The notes under the pieces are model-generated. The model was not told where the DNA came from and did no database searches. It saw only the letters and a program-made list of their open reading frames with translations. 64,000 bases of DNA from an uncultured Prevotella sp. (GTDB lineage: Bacteria > Bacteroidota > Bacteroidia > Bacteroidales > Bacteroidaceae): positions 4,925 through 68,924 of the forward strand of contig CABVAZ010000002.1 in assembly GCA_902496445.1 (NCBI GenBank), in the 5' to 3' direction. How positions within the stretch are numbered: the stretch's first letter is position 1; each line of letters begins with the position of its first letter. Of this stretch, positions 1 through 9,680 are shown piece by piece. The translations under genes were made by a program, and so were the position numbers.

Positions 1-785
1 AGAAGTTCAAGATTAAGCGCATAGAGAAGGAGATAGGCAAGGACTTTGTAGACGGCACATTGCCTACGCCCGAGGAGATATGCAAGAAACAGCTCTATAA
101 GGTGATGGACGACATTATGAAGACTGACGTAGACGAGGAGCAGATAGCGCCTTACATGAAGGAGATAAACCGCCAGTTTGAGTATATGGACAAGGAGGAT
201 GTCATCAAGAAGATGGTGTCTGCCACCTTCGGCAGGTTCCTCGACTACTATAAAAATGCGCCCGTGATAGAGAAACCCGTGTCTTCGCGCAAGTCTGACA
301 AGAAACAGGAGCGTGGCGGCAAAGACTCACGTGGCAGCCGAAGAGGCAGCCATAAGGCAGAGAAAGGCTATCAGAGGCTCTTCATCAACTTGGGTAAGGA
401 CGATGGCTTCTATCCCGGTGAAATCATGCAGTTTGTAAACCGCTATGTGAAGGGACGGCAAGAAGTGGGCCACATCGACCTGCTGAAGCGCCAGAGCTAT
501 ATAGAAGTGCCCGAAGGCGACGCCCGTAAGGTGATGAAAGCCCTTGACGGTGCCGTATATAAGGGCCGTAAGGTGCGCTGCAACGATGCCGACAGCCGAC
601 TGGACTCGCGTGGCGCAGGAAGAAAGCGCAAGCAGGCTCAGGCTGACAATGGTGCACAGCCTTCTCAGCAACGCTTTAAGAAAGACGACTGGCGTGCGCT
701 GATGAACGCCGGCAACCCTACGCTGAAAGGTGAAGAGCCCGACTTCAGTGAGGAGGGATGGGCAAGACGTAAGCCTAAAAAGTAA
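1..785 (+). CDS. DEAD-box ATP-dependent RNA helicase, C-terminal fragment (the RNA-binding extension resembles DbpA/DeaD). The 5' end lies outside the window; the frame is open from base 3.
   Basis: The frame of ORF 60..785 stays open back to the window edge (KFKIKRIEKEIGKDFVDGTLPTPEE...). The basic RG-rich tail and the GYQRLFINLGKDDGFYPGEIMQFV...IDLL...SYIEVPEG motif match the DbpA-type RNA-binding domain. Confidence 0.6.
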   Translation, partial: KFKIKRIEKEIGKDFVDGTLPTPEEICKKQLYKVMDDIMKTDVDEEQIAPYMKEINRQFEYMDKEDVIKKMVSATFGRFLDYYKNAPVIEKPVSSRKSDKKQERGGKDSRGSRRGSHKAEKGYQRLFINLGKDDGFYPGEIMQFVNRYVKGRQEVGHIDLLKRQSYIEVPEGDARKVMKALDGAVYKGRKVRCNDADSRLDSRGAGRKRKQAQADNGAQPSQQRFKKDDWRALMNAGNPTLKGEEPDFSEEGWARRKPKK

Positions 786-1006
786 ATTTAAATAAGGTAG
801 AAGGGGCAGGCTGCATTTGCGGTCTGCCCTTTTTATGCTCAACAGCCAGCCACCGAAGAGCGCCCCCTTCAGGGAATGTGTCTTGCTTGTTTGTTGCTGC
901 ACAAGGATGCAGACGGCCACAAGGGCGCACCCTGCAGTGTTTGCGGTGATGTTCGCAAGCGGAGGCACCTTTCGCCAAATCCCCCCTTATGTACCGTCAC
1001 AGAGCG

Positions 1007-2233
1007 TTATTTGTTAGCCGGTTCGGTCTCTTCCTTTACCTTTTGCTGAGGCAACAGCAAGTTAAGTACAACACCAACCACGGCACTCAAGCCGATGCCT
1101 CCCAGTGTGAAGTTGCCATACGACAGCACGGCACCGCCAATGCCCAGCGTAAGCGTTACCGACACGATGATGGTGTTGCGCGTCTGCGACAAATCTACAT
1201 GATGGTTGATGAGGTTTTGTATGCCCACATTGGCTATGCTGCCAAACAGCAACAACATGATGCCTCCGAGCACGGCAGAGGGTATTGACTGTAAGAATGC
1301 CGACAACTTGCCAATCACGGAGAATACAATAGACGTGAAAGCTGCAATGCGAATGACTTGTGGGTCAGTGACTTTTGTGATAGACATGGCACCCGTCACC
1401 TCGCTATAGGTGGTTACGGGAGGGCCTCCTAGAAAGCTGGCTGCCATACATGCCAGACCGTCGCCCAGCATGGTGCGGTGCAATCCGGGGTCAGACACAA
1501 AGTCTTTCTCGGCCACTGAGCTCACCACATATACATCACCGATGTGCTCAATGACCGGAGCCAGTGCAACGGGTATCATGTAAACAAAGGGCTCCCACTC
1601 GAATTGGGGCAGGTGAAAATGGGCGATGGAGGGCGGAAGGGCAAACCATGAGGCCGAGAGCACACCGCTGAAGTCTATCTTGCCCATGCACAACGCAACG
1701 ACATAGCCCACAATGAGGCCGCACACCACAGGCACCAGCTTGATGAGCCCCTTGCAGAAGGTTAGCACAAGGATGGCCGTTATCAGCGACACGGCGGCCA
1801 ATAGCCAGTTGGTCTTGGCCATATCCACGGCCGAACCCGACAGCGTGAGACCGATGAGAATGATGACTGGACCAATGACCACGGGCGGAAACAGACGGTT
1901 GATGACCTTCTGTCCCTGCCATTTGATGAGCGCGCTCATCACGAAATAAACCAGCGAAACGCCTAAGATGCCGGCCAGAGTGCCCGGCATGCCCCACTGT
2001 TTGGAGGCTGCTATGATGGGTGCGATGAAGGCAAAGCTTGACCCTAAGAAGATGGGCACCTTGCCTTTTGTTACCAGATGGAAGATGAGGGTGCCCAAGC
2101 CCGCCGTAAACAAGGCCGTGGCAGGGTTGAGCCCTACAAGCAAAGGCACCAAGACGGTGGCACCGAATGCCACAAAAAGAAACTGCACTCCCACAATTCC
2201 TTTTCTGAAAGGTGTTAATCGAATGGAATCCAT
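1007..2233 (-). CDS. Uracil/xanthine permease of the NCS2 family
   Basis: 408 aa polytopic membrane protein. NCS2-type motifs LVGLNPATALFTAGLGTLIF and GGPPVTTYSEVTGAMSITKV are present, and the length and topology fit UraA/PyrP. Confidence 0.75.
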   Translation of the reverse strand: MDSIRLTPFRKGIVGVQFLFVAFGATVLVPLLVGLNPATALFTAGLGTLIFHLVTKGKVPIFLGSSFAFIAPIIAASKQWGMPGTLAGILGVSLVYFVMSALIKWQGQKVINRLFPPVVIGPVIILIGLTLSGSAVDMAKTNWLLAAVSLITAILVLTFCKGLIKLVPVVCGLIVGYVVALCMGKIDFSGVLSASWFALPPSIAHFHLPQFEWEPFVYMIPVALAPVIEHIGDVYVVSSVAEKDFVSDPGLHRTMLGDGLACMAASFLGGPPVTTYSEVTGAMSITKVTDPQVIRIAAFTSIVFSVIGKLSAFLQSIPSAVLGGIMLLLFGSIANVGIQNLINHHVDLSQTRNTIIVSVTLTLGIGGAVLSYGNFTLGGIGLSAVVGVVLNLLLPQQKVKEETEPANK

Positions 2234-2296
2234 TATTGTGTTTTATAGGTTATATGCAATCCGAAAACCGCCTGCACAGTGGGCGGAGCAGGGATG

Positions 2297-2743
2297 TCAG
2301 TCTTTCTTTGGCAGAAAGTCGGTCACATCCCGGCCAAAGGATTTCAGCTCCCTTACCAGCGTGCTGCTCACATGCTCCAGGCCCGGCTCTGCGAAAACAA
2401 GAATCGTTTCTATGCTTCCAAACTTGCGGTTGAAGTCGGCTTGCGTGCGCTCATACTCATAGTCCTTCACGTTGCGCACGCCCCTAATAAGATATTGAGC
2501 CCCCTCGCGCTTGGCCATGTCGATGGTCAGATCGCTGTAAGCCTTTACCACCACGCGCGGTTCGTCGCGATATATATCGGCTATGGCCCGCACCCGCTGC
2601 TCCACTTGCTCATCGGTGTGCTTCAGTTTGCTTACGGCTACGGCGATAACCAGTCGGTCGAACAGATTGATGGTGCGGTCTACGATAGACTGATGCCCTA
2701 TGGTGAAAGGGTCGAAAGTGCCCGTAAATAATGCTGTTTTCAT
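2297..2743 (-). CDS. coaD: Phosphopantetheine adenylyltransferase
   Basis: MKTALFTGTFDPFTIGHQSIVDR... carries the T/HxGH nucleotidyltransferase motif at about 150 aa. The ORF-track start at 2851 is an upstream extension; the true start is probably the internal Met. Confidence 0.85.
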   Translation of the reverse strand: MKTALFTGTFDPFTIGHQSIVDRTINLFDRLVIAVAVSKLKHTDEQVEQRVRAIADIYRDEPRVVVKAYSDLTIDMAKREGAQYLIRGVRNVKDYEYERTQADFNRKFGSIETILVFAEPGLEHVSSTLVRELKSFGRDVTDFLPKKD

Positions 2744-3278
2744 TGTATGATGATAGAAAAAGTGTGTTGCAAAGTTACTAATTTCAACGCAAAACGCCAT
2801 CGTTTCATGCATAAAGTTACATGAAATGGCCTTTTGAACAATAAACAGCATCTGCTACAGAAGCTCATCACGTCATATATCCACAACAGGGCGCCCCTCC
2901 TAATGCTGCCCTTATGAACATCCGCACATTTGTTCTGCAGCCCAACACCAGCAACCACTGTCTATTGTGACTGTCTGTGCATCAGCCTCGAAGGTTGACT
3001 TATTATTAAGATAATCAGCAGTTGTAGTGGCCGTGCCTTGTGCCGGCCAACATCCTTGTACAACAGAGTTTTTATGAATTGCATTTGCAGGTTGTTGTGT
3101 GCACGCTCATTGTTGGCCATAGGCAGAGCGAACTTGGTCGGCACATTCTGTAAATTGGGGAAATATAAAGACTTCATTACACCGTGAAATCTCATAAATT
3201 AATGTTACTTTTGCATCGCATAATTATATTTTATCAATTTACCGATTGTTTATCAATATTTTTTATTATTATTTCATT

Positions 3279-6023
3279 ATGAACAAAATCTACATGTATC
3301 TCAGCCTTCTGCTTTTTTCGGCAGGAGCAACCCCCTTACATGCTGACACGGTGAGCCCCTATAAACAGGACTTCAACCGCAGTTTGTCTACAGACAATCA
3401 TCATTTTGCACCCTCCGGCTGGAGTCATATCGTCGACTCGCTCGAGTATGATGACGTGTCTTATTACGTGTCTTACAGCTATAGCTCATGGGCAGGTGTT
3501 GATGGCTCAGGATGTTTATCGGTAGGTAGCCAGGATGTATCCGACTATTGGGGCCATGCCACGAAGCATTGTCACGATGCATTAGTGACGCCGCCTGTGG
3601 CAGGCAAGTGTTCTGTCCGTGTGAAGAGCAGCAGATATTATTCTCCTGAGAGTAGCACGATTTCTTTCTTTAAGGTAAAGACAAACGCTGACGGCAGCTT
3701 TGCGCTCGGCGACTCTCTTGCAGTTGACGTGCCTCAGCTCACCAACGATGAGTATGCCACCATACAGTTGCCCGAAGCCGAGACCGGAACACGATATGCC
3801 ATCTGTGGCAGTCTGGTATACATAGACGACTTTACGGCCGAAAGCGCTGAGGTAGTGTTGAAGTCTGCCCTCACCATCACCGACATGACACTTTATTCTA
3901 CCAATGGCGGATGGACAGATGCAGATGCTGACGGTAACTATACCGTGACCTTCAACGTGAATTTGCGCAATACAGGCGACAAACAGCTTGACGACTCTTT
4001 GGAGGGCTACACACTGACTCTTATCAACATGGATAAGCACGTAGAGTTGGGCACATTCAGCATTGATAAGCCTTTAGCTATTGATGAGAATACCATCCAA
4101 CAAGTGAGTAAGACGTTGAACATAAGTGATTATCCTGATGTGACTACATATGGCGTAAGAGAAAATATCAGCGGTACCATCGGGCACACAGTCACCGTGA
4201 AGCCTTATGCCTATGTCAGCGAGTTTCATTTCACCGAGAGCACAGACACAAAGGCTCTGGGCGACACTATGCTATATGATTTCGGCACATCTCAGAACGA
4301 TGTCACCTTCAGCTTTGCCCTGCGCAACTATGGCGCGAAGCCATTATCCATCAGCAGCGTCAGTGTCCCTGAGGGGTTCACAACTGATTGGAAGGGCGCG
4401 CAGACCATCCCTGCCCATGGACGCATTGACGTAAAGGTAACCATGAGCCACGAGATGCAAGGCGCAAAATCGGGCTATGTCAGCGTGAAGGGTGACGGCG
4501 TTGACTTTCGTATGCCGGTGAAGGGTACTACCGTAAGCCAGGACCAGCTGTTCTATGACTTTGAGGATGGCAAGATGCCTTTGGCCACCGTATATAATGA
4601 CGGCATGTGGGGCATCAACGCTTTCCCACGTGTCATCGGGCTGAAAGGCAACAACTATTGCCTCGAAGGCAAGTCTGTCACCAAGCCGGAGAAATTCATC
4701 ACGCCTCTTGTAGAGGTGAAAAGCGGTGAGAGCCTCTCGTTCGACGCAGCGCAGATAGGGCAAGACTCATATCTGAACATCTATTACTCGGCCGACCGCA
4801 AGAACTGGACGCTCGTACATTCCATCATCGCCGACTCTACAATTACTGAAGGTGAGCATTTCTCACAGAAAGTTGTTTATGAGGCATGGGACGGTGAGAA
4901 ATATGAGATGACACATTTTGCGTATAACAATATCCCTGCCGGACAGTGGTATATAGCCTTCGAAGGTCATTGCTATATCGACAACATAACTGCCTACAAC
5001 CGTCTAGGCGTGGCGCATGACATAAGCTTCAGCGAGACCGTCATACCTGTCACAGGGATGGTGAACCACACATCAACTGCCAAGGCCAGCGTGAGGAACG
5101 TAAATGACCGCGATGAACAGAAGGACGGCTACAAGGTGATATTCTACCTCGACGACGTGGCTGTAGACACCATCAGCGAGAGCCCGCTTATCAAAGCAGG
5201 CGAGAGCAAAACTTTCACCGCTAAGTTCACCCCCGCACAAGCAGGAACCTATCATGCCTATGCCGTATTCGTGGCAGGCGACTATCGGCAGGTGTCTGAC
5301 ACAACGATGATGGACATAGCCGAGGACAACGGCTTTGTAGACGTGGCAGTGGGCACAGCTAGCAAACTGAACAACACCGTGCCGGTTTATACCTATGATG
5401 CCAACAGTGAGACAGAAACCGTTTATCCCGCCGCATTGCTCAAGGATGTACCTGCCGGAGCTGAGATAACGAAGCTCACATATCGTGGATTCAACTCAGA
5501 CAAGAAGAACAACTTCAAGCGCACGCTTACCGTGTGGATGGAGAATACAACAGACACGGTGTTCGGCGACGACCTTGCGCTGCGCCCTACCGCCAACATG
5601 ACCCAGGTATATCAAGGCGAATACACCTTTCCGAATGTTGGCACGCGCGACGATGCCCAAGACATGATTGTGCTGCCCCTTGCTACTCCCTTCAAGTATG
5701 ACGGCCAGAACCTCCGCATAACCATCCTGTCGGAGGGCGACGGCTACTGCTCAACTTATTATGAGGTAGACGACACCTACACCCAGTATGCCATTGGCCG
5801 TCACACCGATTACACCCTGGCCAACGCGTCGCTGAACAAGTACAGCCTTCCCGTTGTCCACCTGGAGGTCAATCCCACCGTGACAGCCATCACCGGCATT
5901 ACGCAGAAGGGCCATGCCCGTCACACCGGCGTCTACGACCTCACCGGACGCAAGGTGGCTGATAGCCTGCAAGGGCTGAAGAGCGGCATATATATAGTGA
6001 ACGGAAAGAAGGTGATTAAATAA
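3279..6023 (+). CDS. Large T9SS cargo surface protein (adhesin A). N-terminal domain with PSGWSHIVD, CARDB-like repeats and a T9SS C-terminal sorting domain.
   Basis: Signal peptide MNKIYMYLSLLLFSAGATPLHA. The N-terminus is paralogous to the protein at 44836 (PPGWSHIVD). Repeated modules of about 65 aa (YKVIFYLDDVAVDTISESPLIKAGESKTFTAKFTPAQAGTYHAYAVF). The C-terminus ...GVYDLTGRKVADSLQGLKSGIYIVNGKKVIK is typical of a Por/T9SS CTD. Confidence 0.8.
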   Translation: MNKIYMYLSLLLFSAGATPLHADTVSPYKQDFNRSLSTDNHHFAPSGWSHIVDSLEYDDVSYYVSYSYSSWAGVDGSGCLSVGSQDVSDYWGHATKHCHDALVTPPVAGKCSVRVKSSRYYSPESSTISFFKVKTNADGSFALGDSLAVDVPQLTNDEYATIQLPEAETGTRYAICGSLVYIDDFTAESAEVVLKSALTITDMTLYSTNGGWTDADADGNYTVTFNVNLRNTGDKQLDDSLEGYTLTLINMDKHVELGTFSIDKPLAIDENTIQQVSKTLNISDYPDVTTYGVRENISGTIGHTVTVKPYAYVSEFHFTESTDTKALGDTMLYDFGTSQNDVTFSFALRNYGAKPLSISSVSVPEGFTTDWKGAQTIPAHGRIDVKVTMSHEMQGAKSGYVSVKGDGVDFRMPVKGTTVSQDQLFYDFEDGKMPLATVYNDGMWGINAFPRVIGLKGNNYCLEGKSVTKPEKFITPLVEVKSGESLSFDAAQIGQDSYLNIYYSADRKNWTLVHSIIADSTITEGEHFSQKVVYEAWDGEKYEMTHFAYNNIPAGQWYIAFEGHCYIDNITAYNRLGVAHDISFSETVIPVTGMVNHTSTAKASVRNVNDRDEQKDGYKVIFYLDDVAVDTISESPLIKAGESKTFTAKFTPAQAGTYHAYAVFVAGDYRQVSDTTMMDIAEDNGFVDVAVGTASKLNNTVPVYTYDANSETETVYPAALLKDVPAGAEITKLTYRGFNSDKKNNFKRTLTVWMENTTDTVFGDDLALRPTANMTQVYQGEYTFPNVGTRDDAQDMIVLPLATPFKYDGQNLRITILSEGDGYCSTYYEVDDTYTQYAIGRHTDYTLANASLNKYSLPVVHLEVNPTVTAITGITQKGHARHTGVYDLTGRKVADSLQGLKSGIYIVNGKKVIK

Positions 6024-6066
6024 TCAGATATTCGGGTAACCGCTGATCATCCATCAGCATAGAAAT

Positions 6067-6103
6067 AGGAGACTATGCCCCCTTGCCACGGGCATAGCCT
6101 CCT
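6067..6103. terminator. Bidirectional hairpin between the convergent adhesin genes
   Basis: aggagactatgccc-ccttgccacg-gggcatagcctcct forms a 13-bp stem with one mismatch and is followed by tattattattat. It lies between the stop at 6023 (+) and the stop at 6217 (-). Confidence 0.4.
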
Positions 6104-6216
6104 ATTATTATTATGCGAATGAGCCATTTGAAAGATGAAGGATTGAAAGACTTTGGAGAACTCATGCTCTTTGTTATCTTCCACCTCCCGTCATTCATGT
6201 AGCGTTCAGCGTCTGC

Positions 6217-9200
6217 TTAGCGCACAACCTGCTTTCGCACCCTGCCGGTTTGCTTGTTGCGCAGCAGATAGATGCCCGAGGCATCGACATGCCTTGTGCC
6301 CAAGAGCTTGCCGTCTACGCCGTAGAAGGCTTGTGCTCCGGCACCCCCCGGCTGCTCTATGGCCACGTTATGCATGCCTGTGATGACAGCAGCATCGCTC
6401 AGCTCCGACTCGGCATCTTCATACAAAACGCTCACCTGATAGCTGTGAGCTCCACCGTCGGTATCAGTGAAGGCAGAGTCGGCCGATGTAACATCTGTCA
6501 GAGGCTCGCCGTCGCGATAGATGCGATAGCCCTGCACAATGGGCGTACCACTTTGATAAGTTATATCATCGATAAACATGCTCATGCAGTTGTGCGACAG
6601 ATAGCGTATGGCGAAATAGCGTGAGCCTTCAGGAAGTCGCACGGAAACGCGATACCATTCGGTAGAAACCATGGGATAATCGGCCAGCAGCCTGAATGCC
6701 GCAGTGTCTTTGCCGGCGCACGAGTATAGCACCTCGAAGTGCTCCGCCTCATATTCATCAGAAGGCATGCGCACATAGAACGACACGTCTTGCTGCTTTC
6801 CGCTTAATGAGGGTGAGATGAGCCAGTCGTCGTTGTGCCCCAGCTGTGTGGTAGACGGATCTACGCTGAATGCGGCAAGATACTGGTTGCCCGAATGTGG
6901 AACGTATACGCTTTGAGTGGTGTAGTTGATGCCAAGCTGCACAGGGTTGAACACCATAAACGCATACGGTGTGCCCGCCCTGGGCACGTTCAGGCTTCCC
7001 ATGTCATAAGCATTGCCCCTGTCGCCATCTACCAGTCGCCAGTCGCCTATGTTATATATACTCCATGCCGGAGCGCTCTCAAAGGTCTCTGTGGTACGTG
7101 CTATTTGTCTCTCGGGTGCCTTCCACCTCAGCAGGTTGCCACCGCTGGTGCCAGATGCTTCAAGGTCAGCAACCGTTGGCAGATGAGGTCTTGACACCCC
7201 GATGGTGGCAGATGAGGTGTTGTTGTCTGCATCGTCATCATATTCAGCCGTCACCTCAGCCTTAACCACTGCCGTTTGTCGGTCACGGATATCCGATTGA
7301 TAGTCCATGTCATACAGCATATATCCATAAGGTTCAGGCACAGAGTCGAGGCTCACAGTGCCCAGCACCTTGTCATGAGCGTCTCTCAGCGTGATGAGCC
7401 CCGTGCCTTGAGCTGATGCCGCGTTGTTGTAAACGTGCACCCTCACCACAGCCTTTTGCCCCGCCACTACGGTGTCTTGAGGCAGGCTGAGCAGCACAGA
7501 CAAATCGTTGGCCTGATGCTCCTGTATGCGTATGTTGTCTATAGCCACGAGTCCCTGCTCATTGCCCGTTACATTGCTTTCGGCGCGGAAGTGCAACATG
7601 ATGAAATCCTCGTCTCTCAGAGCAGACAAGTCGGCCACGGCAGTGTTCCATCCTGTGTGCGGAGCGTCGCCCCATGCAATATCCTTCAGAGTCACTTGCG
7701 TGAGATAGTCGCCCTTGGTAGCCGAAACGTGCAGCTTGACGTTCTGCCCCACACTCTTGTCAGGCACGTAGTAAGCAAACACCAGTTCAGGATTTACAGT
7801 GCCGGCAAGCGAAATCTTTGTAGAGCTGATGGTAGCGTCCTCGCCTTTGTTGGCAGCATACCAGAACACGAGTCCCGCAATATCGTCAGACGCATTGGTA
7901 GCGGCAAGCGTCAGTAAGTTCTGACCGTTGCCGGTGCGCCACCATCCATGCGATAGTGTGCCGTAGGGAAAAGTTTCGCGATAAGGAACAGTTGCAGCGT
8001 TGCCCGTCACTATATAATTGCTTTCTGTAGCTGCGCTGATGGTGTCGCTGTTGTATGCCACGACAACATACGAGTAGATGGTTCCGTCAGCAAAACTTGG
8101 TATAGTAGTGGTTAGCGTAGTGTCGCCCTGGTCGGTTCTTGCTATCACTTGGGGCATGCCTTTGCCATCAGGGCAGAACACGGCATAGTGTATGCTGCCC
8201 AAATCAACATATCCGCCATTCGCGCCCTTAGTAGTTATGCCGTCCCACTGCAGGGTGATGTTGTTGCCAGATGTTCGTCTGGCCGTTAGCTTTGCCGGAG
8301 CACAGGGCACATCTACGCCCACGAAGGCAGCAGCACTTGCCTTCTCGCCCCTCGTGCCGTTCAGTATAGCCATGGCACTGTAGGTGTTGCGTCCCCTTGG
8401 CGGTGTGTTGTCTTTATAAGATAAGGAAGCCCCTGTGGCCGGATTCTCAAATGTGTGTATCACGGTGTCGTTTCTGCAAACAATGACTTCTGACAAGCTG
8501 CCAAGGCTCTGCCCCTTAACATCCTTGTCTGGAGCCTTCAGGCTGATAGATGCGCCTGCTCCCCCCTTAGCGTCGGGTATTGCCGAAAAATCGGTGGGTG
8601 CTGTCGGCATGGTGAGCGGCCCGCTTTGCTTTACGCTCACATTGCCCAGGGCCAGAGAGTAGGGCAGAGCATCGCTTTCTGCATGCCAGGCAATACGATA
8701 ATCGCCCTGTTCGGGTTTTATGATTCTCACTTGGTATACAGTGTCAGACGTTGCCGTGACGTTCATCGTGGGCACAATCTCCTTGTAAGAGGCAGGATCG
8801 TCGCCCGTCCCCACGCTCACAGACAGCTTGGCCCTTCTGCCGACAAGGATTCTGGCAGCAAATGACAGCGTTGAGGCATGCTCGCCGTCAAAGTGTATGG
8901 GGGGCGTAATGAGCCAGTCGTCGGCTTTGTCATAACAGCTGATGCACATGCGATCGTAAGACGACACATATTGCCAGAAACTGTCATCATCGTCGGGGTT
9001 GACGATGGTAAACAGGTCGGCGTCAGCCTTGCTTCTGAATCCTTCCACATAAGGCATTTCGAAAGCCTTTCCAAAGGCCACTTTGTTGGAGCTGCCCGAT
9101 TCTCCCGCAACGCCATTGTTTACGGCGGTTATGGTATATCCGCTCAGCGCATAGTTCTGCTGTGGCACATCTTCAGTGAACACAGTATCAGCCACCGTAG

Positions 9201-9375
9201 CGACAGCGGCTTTCTCACCCGCCCGATACACCTTATAGCTAACAGCCGATGGCAGTAAATGGTGGCTATGCAAACCTTCGGTAACCCTGTTCCACTTTAC
9301 ATGAGCTACATTCTCAGCATCAACATAAAAGTCTACTTGCCCCCGGAGCAGCCGGAACGTCGGGGCCGGCCCACA
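6217..9375 (-). CDS. T9SS cargo adhesin B (cleaved-adhesin and Fn3-like modules, T9SS CTD). It has no start codon or signal peptide. The frame is open from the ORF-track TTG at 9273 up to a TAG stop at 9376-9378, and the gene is probably 5'-truncated or a pseudogene.
   Basis: Family motifs are DDWLITPP, DDWLISPS, FEVLYS, YFAIRYLSHN and GYRIYRDGEPL. The C-terminus ...GVDGKLLGTRHVDASGIYLLRNKQ is a T9SS CTD. The N-terminus begins in the middle of a module (SYKVYRAGEK...). By hand translation the in-frame upstream region reads CGPAPTFRLLRGQVDFYVDAENVAHVKWNRVTEG before the stop. Confidence 0.6.
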   Translation of the reverse strand, partial: CGPAPTFRLLRGQVDFYVDAENVAHVKWNRVTEGLHSHHLLPSAVSYKVYRAGEKAAVATVADTVFTEDVPQQNYALSGYTITAVNNGVAGESGSSNKVAFGKAFEMPYVEGFRSKADADLFTIVNPDDDDSFWQYVSSYDRMCISCYDKADDWLITPPIHFDGEHASTLSFAARILVGRRAKLSVSVGTGDDPASYKEIVPTMNVTATSDTVYQVRIIKPEQGDYRIAWHAESDALPYSLALGNVSVKQSGPLTMPTAPTDFSAIPDAKGGAGASISLKAPDKDVKGQSLGSLSEVIVCRNDTVIHTFENPATGASLSYKDNTPPRGRNTYSAMAILNGTRGEKASAAAFVGVDVPCAPAKLTARRTSGNNITLQWDGITTKGANGGYVDLGSIHYAVFCPDGKGMPQVIARTDQGDTTLTTTIPSFADGTIYSYVVVAYNSDTISAATESNYIVTGNAATVPYRETFPYGTLSHGWWRTGNGQNLLTLAATNASDDIAGLVFWYAANKGEDATISSTKISLAGTVNPELVFAYYVPDKSVGQNVKLHVSATKGDYLTQVTLKDIAWGDAPHTGWNTAVADLSALRDEDFIMLHFRAESNVTGNEQGLVAIDNIRIQEHQANDLSVLLSLPQDTVVAGQKAVVRVHVYNNAASAQGTGLITLRDAHDKVLGTVSLDSVPEPYGYMLYDMDYQSDIRDRQTAVVKAEVTAEYDDDADNNTSSATIGVSRPHLPTVADLEASGTSGGNLLRWKAPERQIARTTETFESAPAWSIYNIGDWRLVDGDRGNAYDMGSLNVPRAGTPYAFMVFNPVQLGINYTTQSVYVPHSGNQYLAAFSVDPSTTQLGHNDDWLISPSLSGKQQDVSFYVRMPSDEYEAEHFEVLYSCAGKDTAAFRLLADYPMVSTEWYRVSVRLPEGSRYFAIRYLSHNCMSMFIDDITYQSGTPIVQGYRIYRDGEPLTDVTSADSAFTDTDGGAHSYQVSVLYEDAESELSDAAVITGMHNVAIEQPGGAGAQAFYGVDGKLLGTRHVDASGIYLLRNKQTGRVRKQVVR

Positions 9376-9680
9376 CTATGCGATGGGCTGCCTCTGACGT
9401 TCCCGAGCTGTTGCTGCATAAGAAAGACATCCTCACATTCCCCGTAGGCAATTGTCCTGTAAAGGATATGCTCTCACCCGGTTGCCCCGTTCCAGTCTGA
9501 AGTGTGTCGGGGCCGGCGCACACCACATAATTCATACTGCCGCTTGCGTCATCCCCCCCCACCGTCTTAGACGGCAAAGTAAACTGCACATCGCAAGTGT
9601 TGGTGGGCTCAATGGGAGTAAGATGTATGTCGGTTATCTTGGCCGGAGCCTGTGTGTTCAGCTCCCCGCAAATGCTCCGA
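9320..9680 (-). pseudogene. Out-of-frame upstream continuation of adhesin B. It is one Fn3-like module separated from the main frame by a frameshift and a stop near 9340-9378.
   Basis: The minus-strand frame of ORF 9320..9589 is open to 9808. It reads ...QAPAKITDIHLTPIEPTNTCDVQFTLPSKTVGGDDASGSMNYVVCAGPDTLQTGTGQPGESISF.... This aligns to an internal module of adhesin B (CAPAKLTARRTSGNNITLQWDGITTKGANGGYVDLGSIHYAVFCPDGKG). Confidence 0.5.
9553..9560. repeat. Homopolymeric C8 tract (G8 on the coding minus strand) inside the upstream adhesin B module
   Basis: The sequence atcccccccc accg can be read directly. It encodes the Gly-Gly of ...KTVGGDD... in the minus-strand frame. A second C5 tract at 9340-9344 coincides with the frame change. 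Confidence 0.9.

Noticed and set aside
327-968. 213-aa minus-strand ORF, together with several 60-100-aa ORFs inside the helicase and permease genes
   Set aside because: They overlap well-supported genes on the opposite strand and have no motifs.
9452-9680. Plus-strand ORF extension upstream of adhesin C (LSCKGYALTRLPRSS...)
   Set aside because: It begins at a TTG and carries no homology or signal peptide. The same DNA read on the minus strand encodes a clearly homologous adhesin module, so the plus frame here is probably a shadow.
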